Sequence record: MT713136.1
DNA length: 64,000 nucleotides
Strand: one strand, 5' to 3'
Made by a program: the position numbers and the translations under genes. Under the pieces are notes generated by a model that was not told where the DNA came from, did not search any database, and saw only the letters and a list, made by a program, of their open reading frames with translations. The stretch's first letter is position 1. Each line of letters begins with the position of its first letter. Below, piece by piece: positions 38,311 to 49,184 of the stretch.

Positions 38311-39029
38311 TAATACAATTCTCCGGAATCACACATGATTTTAACAAGACCCAAATCACCCTTCACGGAATCCACCATATATTTGATCATCATGTTTGCA
38401 GCAACAATTTTAAAGCTATGCTCATTATTAACATAGATATCAAATTGACCATATTTCTTGGCGTCGTTGATGAAGTATTTTGTACCGTGTACTTCTCCTA
38501 CCATCATCCCACAACCTTTTAACCAGCTAGGGTAACCCTTCCCAACTTCTTTTGCAGAAAAGAATCCGTCCTTACCAGTCATTCCACCAGTACGTTGTAC
38601 TTCATCGACATAATATTTAATGTCTTTCACTACGTTTTTATTTTCAACAACAGACACTTTCTTGATTTTTGGTTTTTCCGCACGGGTGAATACACTTTCA
38701 TCATCTTGTTCGATGATTGGTTTAAGCATGGCCTCAAGTTCTTGGATCCGTGTTTCATGGAGTTGGTCAAGTTCTTCGATTGAAGATGCTTTATTACGAC
38801 GTTTGACCCAATCTCGCTGACCTTCTATGATCGCTGGGTTAATTTTTCGAACTTCTTTATAAACAGAATTCAGTTTCTCATCTGATTCACTCAGCCGTTC
38901 GTCTGCACAAATAGTTCGTTCTATTTTACTCGATGCTTTCTCACAGTCAAAAGATGCCGCATTAACCTGTACCGCACTAATAGCACACATAGCACCTAAG
39001 ATAGCAAAACTAACAAACCGCTTTTTCAT
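38310..39029 (-). CDS. secreted LprI-like (lysozyme-inhibitor domain) protein
   Basis: Signal peptide; ASFDC.KA....E.TIC.D..LS..D..L...Y; QR.W...RN. Confidence 0.75.
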   Translation of the reverse strand: MKKRFVSFAILGAMCAISAVQVNAASFDCEKASSKIERTICADERLSESDEKLNSVYKEVRKINPAIIEGQRDWVKRRNKASSIEELDQLHETRIQELEAMLKPIIEQDDESVFTRAEKPKIKKVSVVENKNVVKDIKYYVDEVQRTGGMTGKDGFFSAKEVGKGYPSWLKGCGMMVGEVHGTKYFINDAKKYGQFDIYVNNEHSFKIVAANMMIKYMVDSVKGDLGLVKIMCDSGELY

Positions 39030-39050
39030 TTTTCATTCCTCAATTTAAAG

Positions 39051-39686
39051 TTATTTGGTTTCTTTTTTTGCTGCTTCTTCCATAGCAGCAATGATTACAT
39101 TCAGGGGGGTCAGGTGTCCACAAACGTAGTAGAAGGCGCGAACAAACACAGTACCTTTGTGTCCACGAACAAGGTGCACGTTAGCGGTTACCATCATCCG
39201 ACCAAACATCTCATCCAAACGAAGACACCGGTTGAACTGTTCACCCCGAAGTTCCATGATCTCCATGATGTTTTTCTTGATAACGGCTTCTTTCTCGCTA
39301 ACTTTCGGTTCTGGTTGGTTGATTGGAGCGTTTTTAACTGTTTCAATCATAGCAACAACCTGTTCACCCATAGAAACCAATTCTTCACACAGAGCTTTAT
39401 CCATCCAAGGCATTGCTTTTTCTGCTTTTACCAGATATTTGGCGAAAGTCGCGGTGTTTGGTTGTGCATAATAAAGGTCTACCGCTGCTTCGTGTTCCGG
39501 AAGATTCATATTACGCTGTTCGATGTTGATGGAGTCCAGATAGAAAGAAGAGAATTCGGCCCGCACCAGTTCCATCATTTTTGCGCATTCGTTCAGGGCG
39601 CGTTTCTGACCGGCCTTAGAAACAAAACCGGCTTCAACCATACCAACTACGTTTTCCATAATTTCATTGAATTTTTCGTTGTTCAT
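39051..39686 (-). CDS. hypothetical protein
   Basis: SD, early promoter upstream. Confidence 0.75.
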   Translation of the reverse strand: MNNEKFNEIMENVVGMVEAGFVSKAGQKRALNECAKMMELVRAEFSSFYLDSINIEQRNMNLPEHEAAVDLYYAQPNTATFAKYLVKAEKAMPWMDKALCEELVSMGEQVVAMIETVKNAPINQPEPKVSEKEAVIKKNIMEIMELRGEQFNRCLRLDEMFGRMMVTANVHLVRGHKGTVFVRAFYYVCGHLTPLNVIIAAMEEAAKKETK

Positions 39687-39770
39687 GGTTCGTTCCTTTT
39701 TGTCTCTTGTTTCGATATGGATAAGATATCAAAAAGGCTCACCCATTGGCAAGCCTTTTTTCATTTATTT

Positions 39771-40772
39771 TTAGAAATTTCCATCAAGGATATTCATCCA
39801 GTGTTCCCGAACAAGTTCCCCTGCTAGGTTGTTCACTGCTTTACCTACATCAGAAGGACGTTCTGCATCTCGTAGATTTTTGCTGGTATCCTTCGTGAAA
39901 TCTTCAATTGCGTCTTTCGAGAGGTTACCAGAAACCTTACCAAACTCTTTGGTGGTAGGGATCCCAATCTTACTGAGGACATTTTTAAGACGATTCACGT
40001 TGATATATTCAGCAATCTCATGAACCATAGCAAGATCTGATTCACCCAGAGGCTCTTTTACCTTTACCGGTTTGTCAGATTTCCCTTTCTCTGTAAACTT
40101 GGAGTTTTTAGATTTGAAAATAGTCCGACCTTGACGGGTATAATGTGGGTCTACTGTCTTCGCAACAAACCCCTCCGCAATGTTATCAGTTCCTTCAACA
40201 AGATCGAATTTTCCTGCTTTGTTGCTTGGGATAACAACTGATTGGAAGTCGTTCGGGAGTTTTGTTACACCATCGAAATCCCCACGGTAGATAACAGGGG
40301 CATGTTTGAAGATCCCATCTATTGCATCCATAACGAAATCGTGGGAGAGGTACATTCCAGTTTCACCAGAGAAAATGAAGATATCAAACACATAAAAGTC
40401 TTGATCTCCATACTCTACTTCTTTTTGAATCATTTTACCAGTAGTAAGATTACCGGCATATTCCCCGAAGATTGTAACTTGATCAACTTCTGGGTGTTTT
40501 TGTTTAACAAAGTTGTATACTTTTCGGGCATTATCATGATATTTCTTTACAATCAGGTCTGCTTCATAAAACTGGTCAAAATCACCAAGAAGATCAGTTC
40601 GACGACCAGCCTGTACATGTTCATCATTTACAGCAAGTTGAAAATTAGTACCATGAATCTTTTCCATTGCAACCCATTCAACACCCTTTGCAGTATATCC
40701 GGAAGTTGCAAAAGAGTCGATGACGTTTTGACGATAGTGGTTCTCAAGAGAGTTATATTTTACAAAAATCAT
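39771..40772 (-). CDS. rnlB: RNA ligase 2
   Basis: KYNSLENHY, EKIHGTNF, IFGE, FYVFDI, EGFV, FKSKN. Confidence 0.93.
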   Translation of the reverse strand: MIFVKYNSLENHYRQNVIDSFATSGYTAKGVEWVAMEKIHGTNFQLAVNDEHVQAGRRTDLLGDFDQFYEADLIVKKYHDNARKVYNFVKQKHPEVDQVTIFGEYAGNLTTGKMIQKEVEYGDQDFYVFDIFIFSGETGMYLSHDFVMDAIDGIFKHAPVIYRGDFDGVTKLPNDFQSVVIPSNKAGKFDLVEGTDNIAEGFVAKTVDPHYTRQGRTIFKSKNSKFTEKGKSDKPVKVKEPLGESDLAMVHEIAEYINVNRLKNVLSKIGIPTTKEFGKVSGNLSKDAIEDFTKDTSKNLRDAERPSDVGKAVNNLAGELVREHWMNILDGNF

Positions 40773-40787
40773 ATTATTTCCTTTTAT

Positions 40788-41111
40788 TTAGTCGTAAAAA
40801 CCGGGTTTTTTGCTTTCAGCAATAGATTTGCGAATTTGTGGCTCTTTGTCATAGCAGGTTTTGCAATATTTCCCAGCAAACACATTACCAACAAGTTGGT
40901 CTTCGTCTTGTGCAGTACCACAACAAGTACATACAAAATATCGAACACCTACATTTACCAAACCACACTGTTCGTTAAGGAACTCAAGTGGTTTGTTTCG
41001 TGGGAGTGCTTCTGCATCTCGACCACCAACCCCTTTTCGCCAATAAGACCCTGTGCAGTACTTCGAAAAATAAATGTTTGGGTATTTTACTTGCAATTCT
41101 TCGTTACACAT
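40788..41111 (-). CDS. zinc-finger hypothetical protein
   Basis: CTCCG...CKTC. Confidence 0.65.
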   Translation of the reverse strand: MCNEELQVKYPNIYFSKYCTGSYWRKGVGGRDAEALPRNKPLEFLNEQCGLVNVGVRYFVCTCCGTAQDEDQLVGNVFAGKYCKTCYDKEPQIRKSIAESKKPGFYD

Positions 41112-41340
41112 TTTTGTTTCCTTTCTTTATAAAGGTTGTTAATAAAGTTAACAATTACCGGGTGGGGGACACAAATTTCTTTCTCGGTATAACTTACCCT
41201 AGCTTTGTGTTTTCCACCATAAAATTTACCAAACACATTTTTGGCGATCATACCTTTTTGGTGGTGTTGGTTCCTCATTACTGAATCTTGATCTGCGTTA
41301 GGTGGTATGATACATAAAATAAATTAAAATAAGGAATGAT

Positions 41341-42687
41341 ATGAAATTCGTAGATCGTACTATTTCAAGTTATATTCATAATGAAGCAAAAGAATATACA
41401 TTTTATACCATCGTCAACCGGGCATTACCTTCCATGGTAGATGGGTTCAAACCATCTCAGCGTTTTGTTTTGTACTCCACAATCAAAAACGCAAGTAAGG
41501 ACTTCAAGAAATCCGCATTTCTTTGTGGTGTTATCTCCGACTATGGATATCCCCATGGCGAAGCAAGCGGGTATGATGTTCTTGCAGGTATGGCAACTGA
41601 ATACGCAAACAACTTCCCAGTTATCAAGGGTCGCGGTAACTTTGGTTCACGACAGAACCCAGCAGCAGCGGAACCACGTTACATCTTCGGTAAGCTGGAT
41701 GATAATTTTGACCTACTGTTTAAAGATTTGGATCTAGTTTTACCAAGTGAGATTGATTCTTATTCTATTCCAAAATTTTATCTCCCAGTCATTCCGTTTG
41801 TTCTGATCAATGGGGTTCATGGTGTTGCAACTGGTTACGCGACTCATATCCTACCACATGACATTCACAGCGTTATTGATGAATGTATTTCTTATGTTAA
41901 GACTGGTAAATGTAAAGATCCAGAAATCAAGTTCCCTTCTTTTATTGGGAACGTTAATACATCAGGTGAACAATGGACAAACGAAGGGGTTTATGAACTT
42001 CAAGGTAAAACCAAGCTTTTGATCACAGAAATCCCAGTTAGCTTCAATCGAATAAAATATGTGGCGATTTTGAATAATCTCATTGAAAAAGATCAGATTG
42101 TTAGTTATGATGAGATTGAAGGTGACGGTGATTTTACATTCCGAGTCACTTTGAAACGTGATTTTGATACTTCTCATGAAAATATCATGAAACAGTTCTC
42201 TCTGTCTGAGAATATCTATCAGAATATCAACGTAATCGGTCCAAACTCCAACATGGTTACGGGGGATATGGACCTAAGAAAATACGACAATACTAGTCAA
42301 CTTGTGTGTGAATTTGTTGATTATCGCATGACAGTTGTTGACCGTCGCATTGAAAATATGATTGAAAATCTGACTATTCTTATCCCGGAATTGAAAGCGA
42401 AGGCAGAATTTATTCGTCTGGCTCGTGATGGGAAAATCGGTTATAATCAACCGAAGAAATCTATGATCCAACAAGTTAAAACTCTTCTGGATCCAGAGCT
42501 TGCGGTTTATGCTGATAAGGTGGTTGGTCTTCCAATCTTTAACATGACAGAAGATGAAGTAGAAAAGCTGGTTAAAGAATATGAGCAAGCAGAAAAAGAC
42601 CTAGCTTATTGGAAAAGTACAAACTCAAAAAAAGAATATTTGAAAGATTTAACAACTTTGAAAAATAAATTGAAGGATAGTAAATAA
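41341..42687 (+). CDS. 52: DNA topoisomerase II medium subunit gp52
   Basis: RALPSMVDGFKPSQR, YPHGE, GNFGS, AAAEPRYI (catalytic Tyr), GVATGY. Confidence 0.96.
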   Translation: MKFVDRTISSYIHNEAKEYTFYTIVNRALPSMVDGFKPSQRFVLYSTIKNASKDFKKSAFLCGVISDYGYPHGEASGYDVLAGMATEYANNFPVIKGRGNFGSRQNPAAAEPRYIFGKLDDNFDLLFKDLDLVLPSEIDSYSIPKFYLPVIPFVLINGVHGVATGYATHILPHDIHSVIDECISYVKTGKCKDPEIKFPSFIGNVNTSGEQWTNEGVYELQGKTKLLITEIPVSFNRIKYVAILNNLIEKDQIVSYDEIEGDGDFTFRVTLKRDFDTSHENIMKQFSLSENIYQNINVIGPNSNMVTGDMDLRKYDNTSQLVCEFVDYRMTVVDRRIENMIENLTILIPELKAKAEFIRLARDGKIGYNQPKKSMIQQVKTLLDPELAVYADKVVGLPIFNMTEDEVEKLVKEYEQAEKDLAYWKSTNSKKEYLKDLTTLKNKLKDSK

Positions 42688-42688
42688 A

Positions 42689-43117
42689 ATGCCTATAGAA
42701 ATAAACATTATGAGACAGGCAGAAACAGAAACAAACGGGATGTTGCCTGCGCTTATCCCATCATGTATGGGGGCATTGGTAGCAAGTGTAATTGTGGGTT
42801 GTGGGTTTGTGTCGGATGTCAATCTATACATACTGTTATGTGCCATATTTTATGTTCTCCTTGATATTGTGTTCATGGTAGTTGTATGGATTAAGCGCCC
42901 CAATTATGGCAAAGAGTTTAAACATCCATTATCTATGTGTATGCTATACTCATTTTGCGATAATAACGTTGGGAAATACCTTCATATTTATAAAAATACA
43001 CCAAACTTTAATCTACGAATTACTATTGCAGGAATAGTAATATACTTTTGTGATTTTGTATTTTATCTTGGTTTATTTGGTGTTCCTGTAATGGTATCAT
43101 CTTGGTTGTTCCTCTAA
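42689..43117 (+). CDS. membrane protein
   Basis: Several hydrophobic helices. Confidence 0.6.
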   Translation: MPIEINIMRQAETETNGMLPALIPSCMGALVASVIVGCGFVSDVNLYILLCAIFYVLLDIVFMVVVWIKRPNYGKEFKHPLSMCMLYSFCDNNVGKYLHIYKNTPNFNLRITIAGIVIYFCDFVFYLGLFGVPVMVSSWLFL

Positions 43118-43144
43118 ATATAGTTTTGTAAAAAGGAAAATGAA

Positions 43145-43594
43145 ATGTCTATTGAAACTCGTGTAACAAAAGTAAAACAACGTATTCATGAAGAAACCCA
43201 GCGGGTTAAATCGAATGCAATTGTTACTTGGGGCCTGTTCTTCATGGCAGCAGCCCTTGCATCAATCCCCGCATCCACTATGTATGGCCCTATCATCGTT
43301 GGTGCTATCGTCATGGTGATGTTCCAGTATCTTACCATGACATCTTATGCCAAAGAGCGCATCGGCTATCTTGGTAAAGCATATGCTAACCCAATGACAC
43401 TGATCTACATCGAGAGTGGTATTGATGGAGTTAAAGATCTGGAAGAGTCGATTCGGAAATGGGAAGCAATGACCGACGATGAACGAGATGCCACCAACAA
43501 ACGAATCAATGTAATCACGGTAGTGGCTCTTTTGGCTCTTATTGCTGCCGTTTCTGGATTCTTCTGTGGTCTTTTCTGGATTCTCCCAGTATAA
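43145..43594 (+). CDS. membrane protein
   Basis: Three hydrophobic helices; AGGA SD; CTAAATA upstream. Confidence 0.7.
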   Translation: MSIETRVTKVKQRIHEETQRVKSNAIVTWGLFFMAAALASIPASTMYGPIIVGAIVMVMFQYLTMTSYAKERIGYLGKAYANPMTLIYIESGIDGVKDLEESIRKWEAMTDDERDATNKRINVITVVALLALIAAVSGFFCGLFWILPV

Positions 43595-43678
43595 ACCACT
43601 TGCAAACATGTATTGGTTATGAGACTATAACCACATCAAGGGGGTTCGCCCCCTCTTTCATAACATAAGGAATAGAAA

Positions 43679-43789
43679 ATGAATCCAGTAGCTAAACACA
43701 ATTTTAATCGTCCTTCTGTTATGAAGGACAAGAAAGAGAATTCCAAGAAAATTCGTGGTAAAAAGCACAAGAAGTCTGAGGTTTGGTGA
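43679..43789 (+). CDS. small basic protein
   Basis: MNPVAKHNFNRPSVMKDKK...RGKKHK. Confidence 0.6.
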   Translation: MNPVAKHNFNRPSVMKDKKENSKKIRGKKHKKSEVW

Positions 43790-44031
43790 TTATGATTGAT
43801 ATGACATTATTTGGTGGTGGGGTGGTGTCTGGTCTTACAAAAGATGGAAAACCTACCCATATCAACCTGAAAGACCATTCGATGGAAACTGTCAAACTGT
43901 CTATCCAAAAAGATGCGTTTGGATATGAAGTAAGTATTATTATTTTTCCATGTGGTAGTACTGCAAGATTTATTGGTGATGTTAGAAATCGAACTGATGT
44001 GATCCTAAGAGATAAAGATTATAAAATATGA
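43783..44031 (+). CDS. hypothetical protein
   Basis: ORF. Confidence 0.6.
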   Translation: MVIMIDMTLFGGGVVSGLTKDGKPTHINLKDHSMETVKLSIQKDAFGYEVSIIIFPCGSTARFIGDVRNRTDVILRDKDYKI

Positions 44032-44300
44032 AAATTACAAAAGTTGAATTGATGAAAGATATTGTAGCTACCGCATCTATCCTAGCAAAATATGGCTGTG
44101 ATGACATTCTAGATACTCAATCTGGGTTTGTAGATTTTCTAAATGAACTAGGGTTTACTACCGTGCGAGGTAAACCACTAACGATTTTCAATTTCCGAGT
44201 TATGGTTAACAGTCTAACCCCATATCAGAAAAAAGAGATTGTCAAAGAATTTGATGCTGGTAGAATTGACCATTTGATTAACTGTATGGTTGACGAATAA
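44028..44300 (+). CDS. asiA: anti-sigma70 factor AsiA
   Basis: DIVATASIL.KY..DDI...F..FLNELG...G..L...NFR, colinear with T4 AsiA, 90 aa. Confidence 0.85.
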   Translation: MKITKVELMKDIVATASILAKYGCDDILDTQSGFVDFLNELGFTTVRGKPLTIFNFRVMVNSLTPYQKKEIVKEFDAGRIDHLINCMVDE

Positions 44301-44327
44301 AAAAGGGATCCTCATGGGATCCCTTTT
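44301..44327. terminator. bidirectional terminator
   Basis: AAAAGGGATCC...GGATCCCTTTT. Confidence 0.75.
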
Positions 44328-44365
44328 GTTTTATGTAAACTGATAATATATATCATCTGTTCTAT

Positions 44366-47037
44366 ATATAAAAGACCCTAAATTGGTAGTTGGTAAGAAA
44401 TTTTCTTATTTTATATCAATGGTTTATACAGATACCAACGTACCTGTAAACCGGGTTGGATCTGGATCCGATGATACTATTTTCATTGGTATGACAACAA
44501 AGACTCATCCTACTGGTATGGGGCATATTGTTACTTATGCTGGAAAAACGATAACCACGAATGAAATAATTTCTTGTAATAAAGAATATTTGTATAAGTT
44601 GGAAATTGATAGCCCAAGTATGAAGTTTTATGTCAACGGGGTTTTAGTTGGAAGTACAACAATAGAAGACTTAGCAAGACGAGAGTTTGAAGAAATTCGA
44701 GTTGGTTCTGAAATGAGTGGGTATATCATATCTTCGGAGTATGAAGATTATGAGCTACCAAATAATTCAAGATATTATGAATATCCACAATCAGAAAAAC
44801 TACCTTTTATTAAAGGGTCTTCTCCTGCTAGTGGTGTCTATTATTCCGGTTCCAATATCACACCGGATGCGGGGGGTGGTTGGCTATATTGCGGTATCGG
44901 AAGTCAACTAATCCCAGCAGGAATGAAAACCGGTTCTAAGGCTTATGTTACCATAGTTGAAAATAACGGGGCTACGTTGAATACCGGTATTGAAATGAAC
45001 AAAAGATATGAGGTTATTGCAGAAAGACAACCAGCGCAAGGACTGCAACCTAGACACATGTTCTTCTTTAGAAAAGATGGGGTGAATTGGATATCTGCCG
45101 GTAATATGTCAAACCTTAAATTTGATGTCGATTGTTATACGGACCCTGACATAATTAGTGAAAAACCTACTATATCGTGGGTTAAAAACAACAAATACAC
45201 CTTCAATTTCAATGGAGGTACGATGGTTGATATTCCACCAGTATATTTGATCAATAAATCTGGTTATGCCACATTCAATTTCATTTTTGGATACACAGAT
45301 TTCAATATGTACTTACTGGATGGAAGAAGTTCTAATACCCAAGAGTTACAGGGTGGTTGGTTGTATATATCTAAACAGAAAACACTCACATTTTCTTCTA
45401 CATATATGTCCATTGTCCAATTAGATGGGAAACCATATAATGGAGAGGTAATTACACCAAACATTCCACATAGTATTGTTGTTGAACTGAAAAAAGGTTC
45501 GGTAATCAGAAATATTGGTGGTAGATATTCAAAAACTGAATGTTTGAATGGTCAAATATGGGACATTAATATTGTCGGGGATAATGATTCCAGAGCATAT
45601 ATAAACACGCAGGAATCTAGATTTAACTACTACTCCACGGGTATAGAAGATCAGAATAATGCTGGTGTATTGGTATATGATACCGTTGATCTGTCTAAAT
45701 GGAAAATGTCGGATGAACTAAACTCACCGATTAGTGTGGTTAGCAACAACCGATTTAAATTTGTGAAAGATGTATCAGAAGGTGGGATGACATATCATCT
45801 TAACTTGCCAGCAAAGGGAAGATACAGAATAGAATATGATATCGATTGTCCAAGACCATTATTTCTTAAAGATGTATATGGGACAACAGTTGGTGTCGGT
45901 CAGATTCTAAAATCTTTACCATACGGTAGATTTAAAGGTGTTATTTATCATAACCACACAGAATCGTCTCATGATTCGGGTCTGTATATCTGTGTACCAA
46001 ATGCAAGAAATGGGGATGTGGTAACTGTCAGAAGCCTAGTAGCATATTCCACAAAAACGGATGCTATCGGCTATAACGTAGCTGGGGCTTCGTATTTCTT
46101 TAATACATTTGAAGAACCTCAAATGATCGGGAATACAATGAGTTCTTGGGTTCCAAACCTATCAAATAACAACTACCTAAATATATTACCGGCGTGGTTA
46201 CCACAAAAAGATTCATGGAGACTGAGATTCGTTGGTGATAATTTCTCTAGTGGTTATTATCTAGATAATACGGATAAAACCCATGGTATATTCATCACTT
46301 TATCGTCAACCACTTTACAGTTTGTTGTCAAAAACCGTGGTTCTAATATAAGCAATATTACCATTAACCATGGTATGACTGTTGGTAAGGAATTTGATAT
46401 TGACATTCAATACAATTTTCCAGACCTATATATCAGAACAAACTCTGTTATTAGCAATTCAACATATAATCATGTTGATGGGATATCTTCTGATATGTGT
46501 ATGAGGAATTCATCCTGTATCATCAAACAAATTGATATGATAGAATCAACAAATACCGTATCTAGCTCACGAGTTTATAACTTAGTTGACAATGGATATA
46601 TAATCCCAGAAAACGATGTTATTCAAAATACTCTGACATTCAGAAAGAAGCTACGCTCTGTTCTTCTTAAAACTGGTGGTGGGGTTGTTGGATGGGATTC
46701 TGTGCTGGGTGATGTAGCAGGGAACGGTAGGTTGAAGGATGATATCTATATATACAATAATAGGATATCTAAAATTGTTAGTGGTGGTTCAACTCATAGT
46801 ATGGTCATTGAGTTTGAAGGAAAAGTTACACCGTATTCTCAGCTAGAAGTAACCTTAAAAATTGGTGGTATATTGCAAACTAAATATGCATATATAGGAA
46901 CTGATAACTATGTTATATCGAAAGATATTGATGTAGATAACTGGTTAGAGCCATCTAGTCAATATAAAGTTATTGACATAAGACCAATTGGTCTGGTAGG
47001 TGTAAAACTACAGACAGTTAATTGGAAAAAGGTATAA
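44366..47037 (+). pseudogene. tail fibre/virion structural protein, N-terminally truncated (beta-sandwich/LamG-like segments)
   Basis: 884-aa beta-rich ORF with only a TTG start, no SD, in-frame stop shortly upstream. Confidence 0.55.
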
Positions 47038-47041
47038 AATG

Positions 47042-47072
47042 AAAAGCCTACCCAAAACAGGGTAGGCTTTTC
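47042..47072 (+). terminator. rho-independent terminator
   Basis: AAAAGCCTACCC...GGGTAGGCTTTT. Confidence 0.8.
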
Positions 47073-47097
47073 GTGTCTATGGATTAGTTTCAAGTGC

Positions 47098-47169
47098 AAT
47101 CAAAGTATAAAATCTCTATAAGTATTTATATAGAAGATCTATAATTAGAAAGTGTGAGCGAAGCGAACA
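47098..47169. repeat. structured intergenic repeat, copy 3 (AT-rich half + core)
   Basis: Identical to 10111-10166, then GTGTGAGCGAAGCGAACA. Confidence 0.9.
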
Positions 47170-47264
47170 CTCAAATGCAAAAACCCATTTTTACGCTGGT
47201 CAATTTGTTTGTTATACAGGAAATGGTGATGGTGTTATGATATGGGGGCATATAGGCGAACGGT

Positions 47265-48419
47265 ATGAATGAGTCATATGATTACGTGATAATGAATCCA
47301 CCATATAACAGGAATCTCCACTTAGACTTCTTTAACAAAGCGAGTTGTATTGGGAGAGAGATAATTTGTGTGCATCCATCTGCTCCATTTTTCAATCGTC
47401 GCCCGGTAAAAGAACAGAAACGTGTGGTTGAATTTAAAAGTGTGGTTGGAGAAAACATAACATCGATGGAACTAATCGATGGTAACCTTTATTTTTCTGC
47501 TGGTTTGTTTGTTCCATTATCCATAACTCATACAATAATGGGTGTCCCATTTGATGGGTATATCGATGTATACGGACCTATGACTAATGGCAGAAATAGG
47601 ATGAGGGTTGATGAACTAAATTATTTCGGAACCCAGATCTTAAAGCTATATGAAGCGTTACCAATTCAAAAGAACCTTTTAAATAGCCAGAATCCAGAAG
47701 GAAACTATTTCGTTAACATTGGATTAATCCGTGGACACGTACCAATAGCAGGTGAAAGGTTTAACGCGGATTTCTTTACTATGGTTCCAAAAGAATATTC
47801 TGTTGAAACGAAACCAAATCTTAAATGGCACCACTATGGATTTGATACTTTAGAAGAAGCTAATAAGTTCTTGGATTATATCAAATCTGATTATGCTAGG
47901 GTGTTCTTGGCACTGTATAAGAATAATCAACACCTCGATTCTGGAACCCTAGCATCAGTACCGTACCCAGACCTCACCAAACCTCTCCCAACGATTCGTG
48001 ATTGGATTTGTGGTTATATGGGTGTGTTACCCTACTATGACGTAGAAACGCGAGGTAGATACCATTCAGGGACGCACACAGAGGATAAGAATCGAGTTGC
48101 TTCTGAGTTTGATTTAGAGCGCCAGAAATCCACACACGAGGTGTTTACCCCAGACGTGGTTACTGATATGTTACTTGACCGTGTTGTTAACTGGGATGGG
48201 TCATTCTGTGATCCGGCGTGTGGTGATGGGAATATCCTATACCGTATCGCAGAACGTCGGTTAGATATGGGGCATGATAAGGAAACTATCGCTAACCAGA
48301 TATTCGGGTTTGACATAGTTGAATCTAACGTGGTAGCCTGTCGTCAACGTCTGGCGAACCTTCTCGGGTATCCAGAAGTATTTGACGAGCACATTGTTTG
48401 TAAGGACTTTTTAAAATGA
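47265..48419 (+). CDS. N6-adenine DNA methyltransferase with permuted motif order
   Basis: NPPY near the N-terminus; EVFTP and DPACGDGNIL near the C-terminus. Confidence 0.8.
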   Translation: MNESYDYVIMNPPYNRNLHLDFFNKASCIGREIICVHPSAPFFNRRPVKEQKRVVEFKSVVGENITSMELIDGNLYFSAGLFVPLSITHTIMGVPFDGYIDVYGPMTNGRNRMRVDELNYFGTQILKLYEALPIQKNLLNSQNPEGNYFVNIGLIRGHVPIAGERFNADFFTMVPKEYSVETKPNLKWHHYGFDTLEEANKFLDYIKSDYARVFLALYKNNQHLDSGTLASVPYPDLTKPLPTIRDWICGYMGVLPYYDVETRGRYHSGTHTEDKNRVASEFDLERQKSTHEVFTPDVVTDMLLDRVVNWDGSFCDPACGDGNILYRIAERRLDMGHDKETIANQIFGFDIVESNVVACRQRLANLLGYPEVFDEHIVCKDFLK

Positions 48420-48802
48420 TTGAACCTATTAGCACAATTTTTGGGTTATTGGTGTTTTACCAAATAAAGCATTACTCAGCAGATTACCTTCTACAAGGTA
48501 AGTATATGCTTGGGAAATTTAAAGAGGTTGGTTGGGTTACACCACTGGCTGCACATTGTACTGTACATGCATTAATGACAATGTTCGTTGCGATCATTAT
48601 GGGATTGAATATATGGGTTGTCCTAGGTCTTACCCTTTTTGATTTTATATCACACTTCTTTATTGACAAGATTAAAGTAGAGTTAAGCCGTGGTCATACG
48701 CCCCAAGAGCCGGTCTTTTGGTATCATCTCGGGTTAGACCAAATGGCACACCATCTTGTTCATTACGCAATAATTTTTACTATCGTGAAAATTCTTTTTT
48801 AA
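48416..48802 (+). CDS. DUF3307-like membrane protein
   Basis: HY.ADY.LQ...M..K, H..VH, H..ID, DQ..HHL.H. Confidence 0.75.
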   Translation: MIEPISTIFGLLVFYQIKHYSADYLLQGKYMLGKFKEVGWVTPLAAHCTVHALMTMFVAIIMGLNIWVVLGLTLFDFISHFFIDKIKVELSRGHTPQEPVFWYHLGLDQMAHHLVHYAIIFTIVKILF

Positions 48803-48868
48803 AAGTAGTTGATCTCATATCTAACTCGTGTATACTACTCATATCAACTAACGAGAAGGAAGAAAGAT

Positions 48869-49009
48869 ATGGTAATCGCACTTGGTTTTGTTGCTGGTGT
48901 TTGTTTCGTAAAATCGGTACAGGCTACTCGCGCAGCATATCAACGCGCTTTCACTACTGGCTATATCGTAGCCGGTCTTTCTTCCATATCTCTTCTTGCC
49001 ATGTCTTAA
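48869..49009 (+). CDS. small membrane protein
   Basis: AGGA SD, hydrophobic. Confidence 0.55.
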   Translation: MVIALGFVAGVCFVKSVQATRAAYQRAFTTGYIVAGLSSISLLAMS

Positions 49010-49018
49010 GGGGATGTT

Positions 49019-49156
49019 ATGACTTTTGCTCTGTTTGCAACCGGGTTTGGTTTAGGTACTGCTTTTATGGTATCGAAGAAAAAGAAACATAAGGTTATTG
49101 TGGTTGGTGTGAGTATTATTGCTGTTCTTGTTGAGGTTTTCCTACTTCCTAAATAG
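49019..49156 (+). CDS. small membrane protein
   Basis: MTFALFATGFGLG...LLPK*, two hydrophobic segments. Confidence 0.55.
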   Translation: MTFALFATGFGLGTAFMVSKKKKHKVIVVGVSIIAVLVEVFLLPK

Positions 49157-49184
49157 ATATGTAGATCTACGAAAGGAAAACAAC

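Noticed and set aside
40242-41132. Long antisense ORFs (also 35274-36020, 39114-39827, 21281-21835)
   Set aside because: Overlap well-supported genes on the other strand and have non-protein-like composition.
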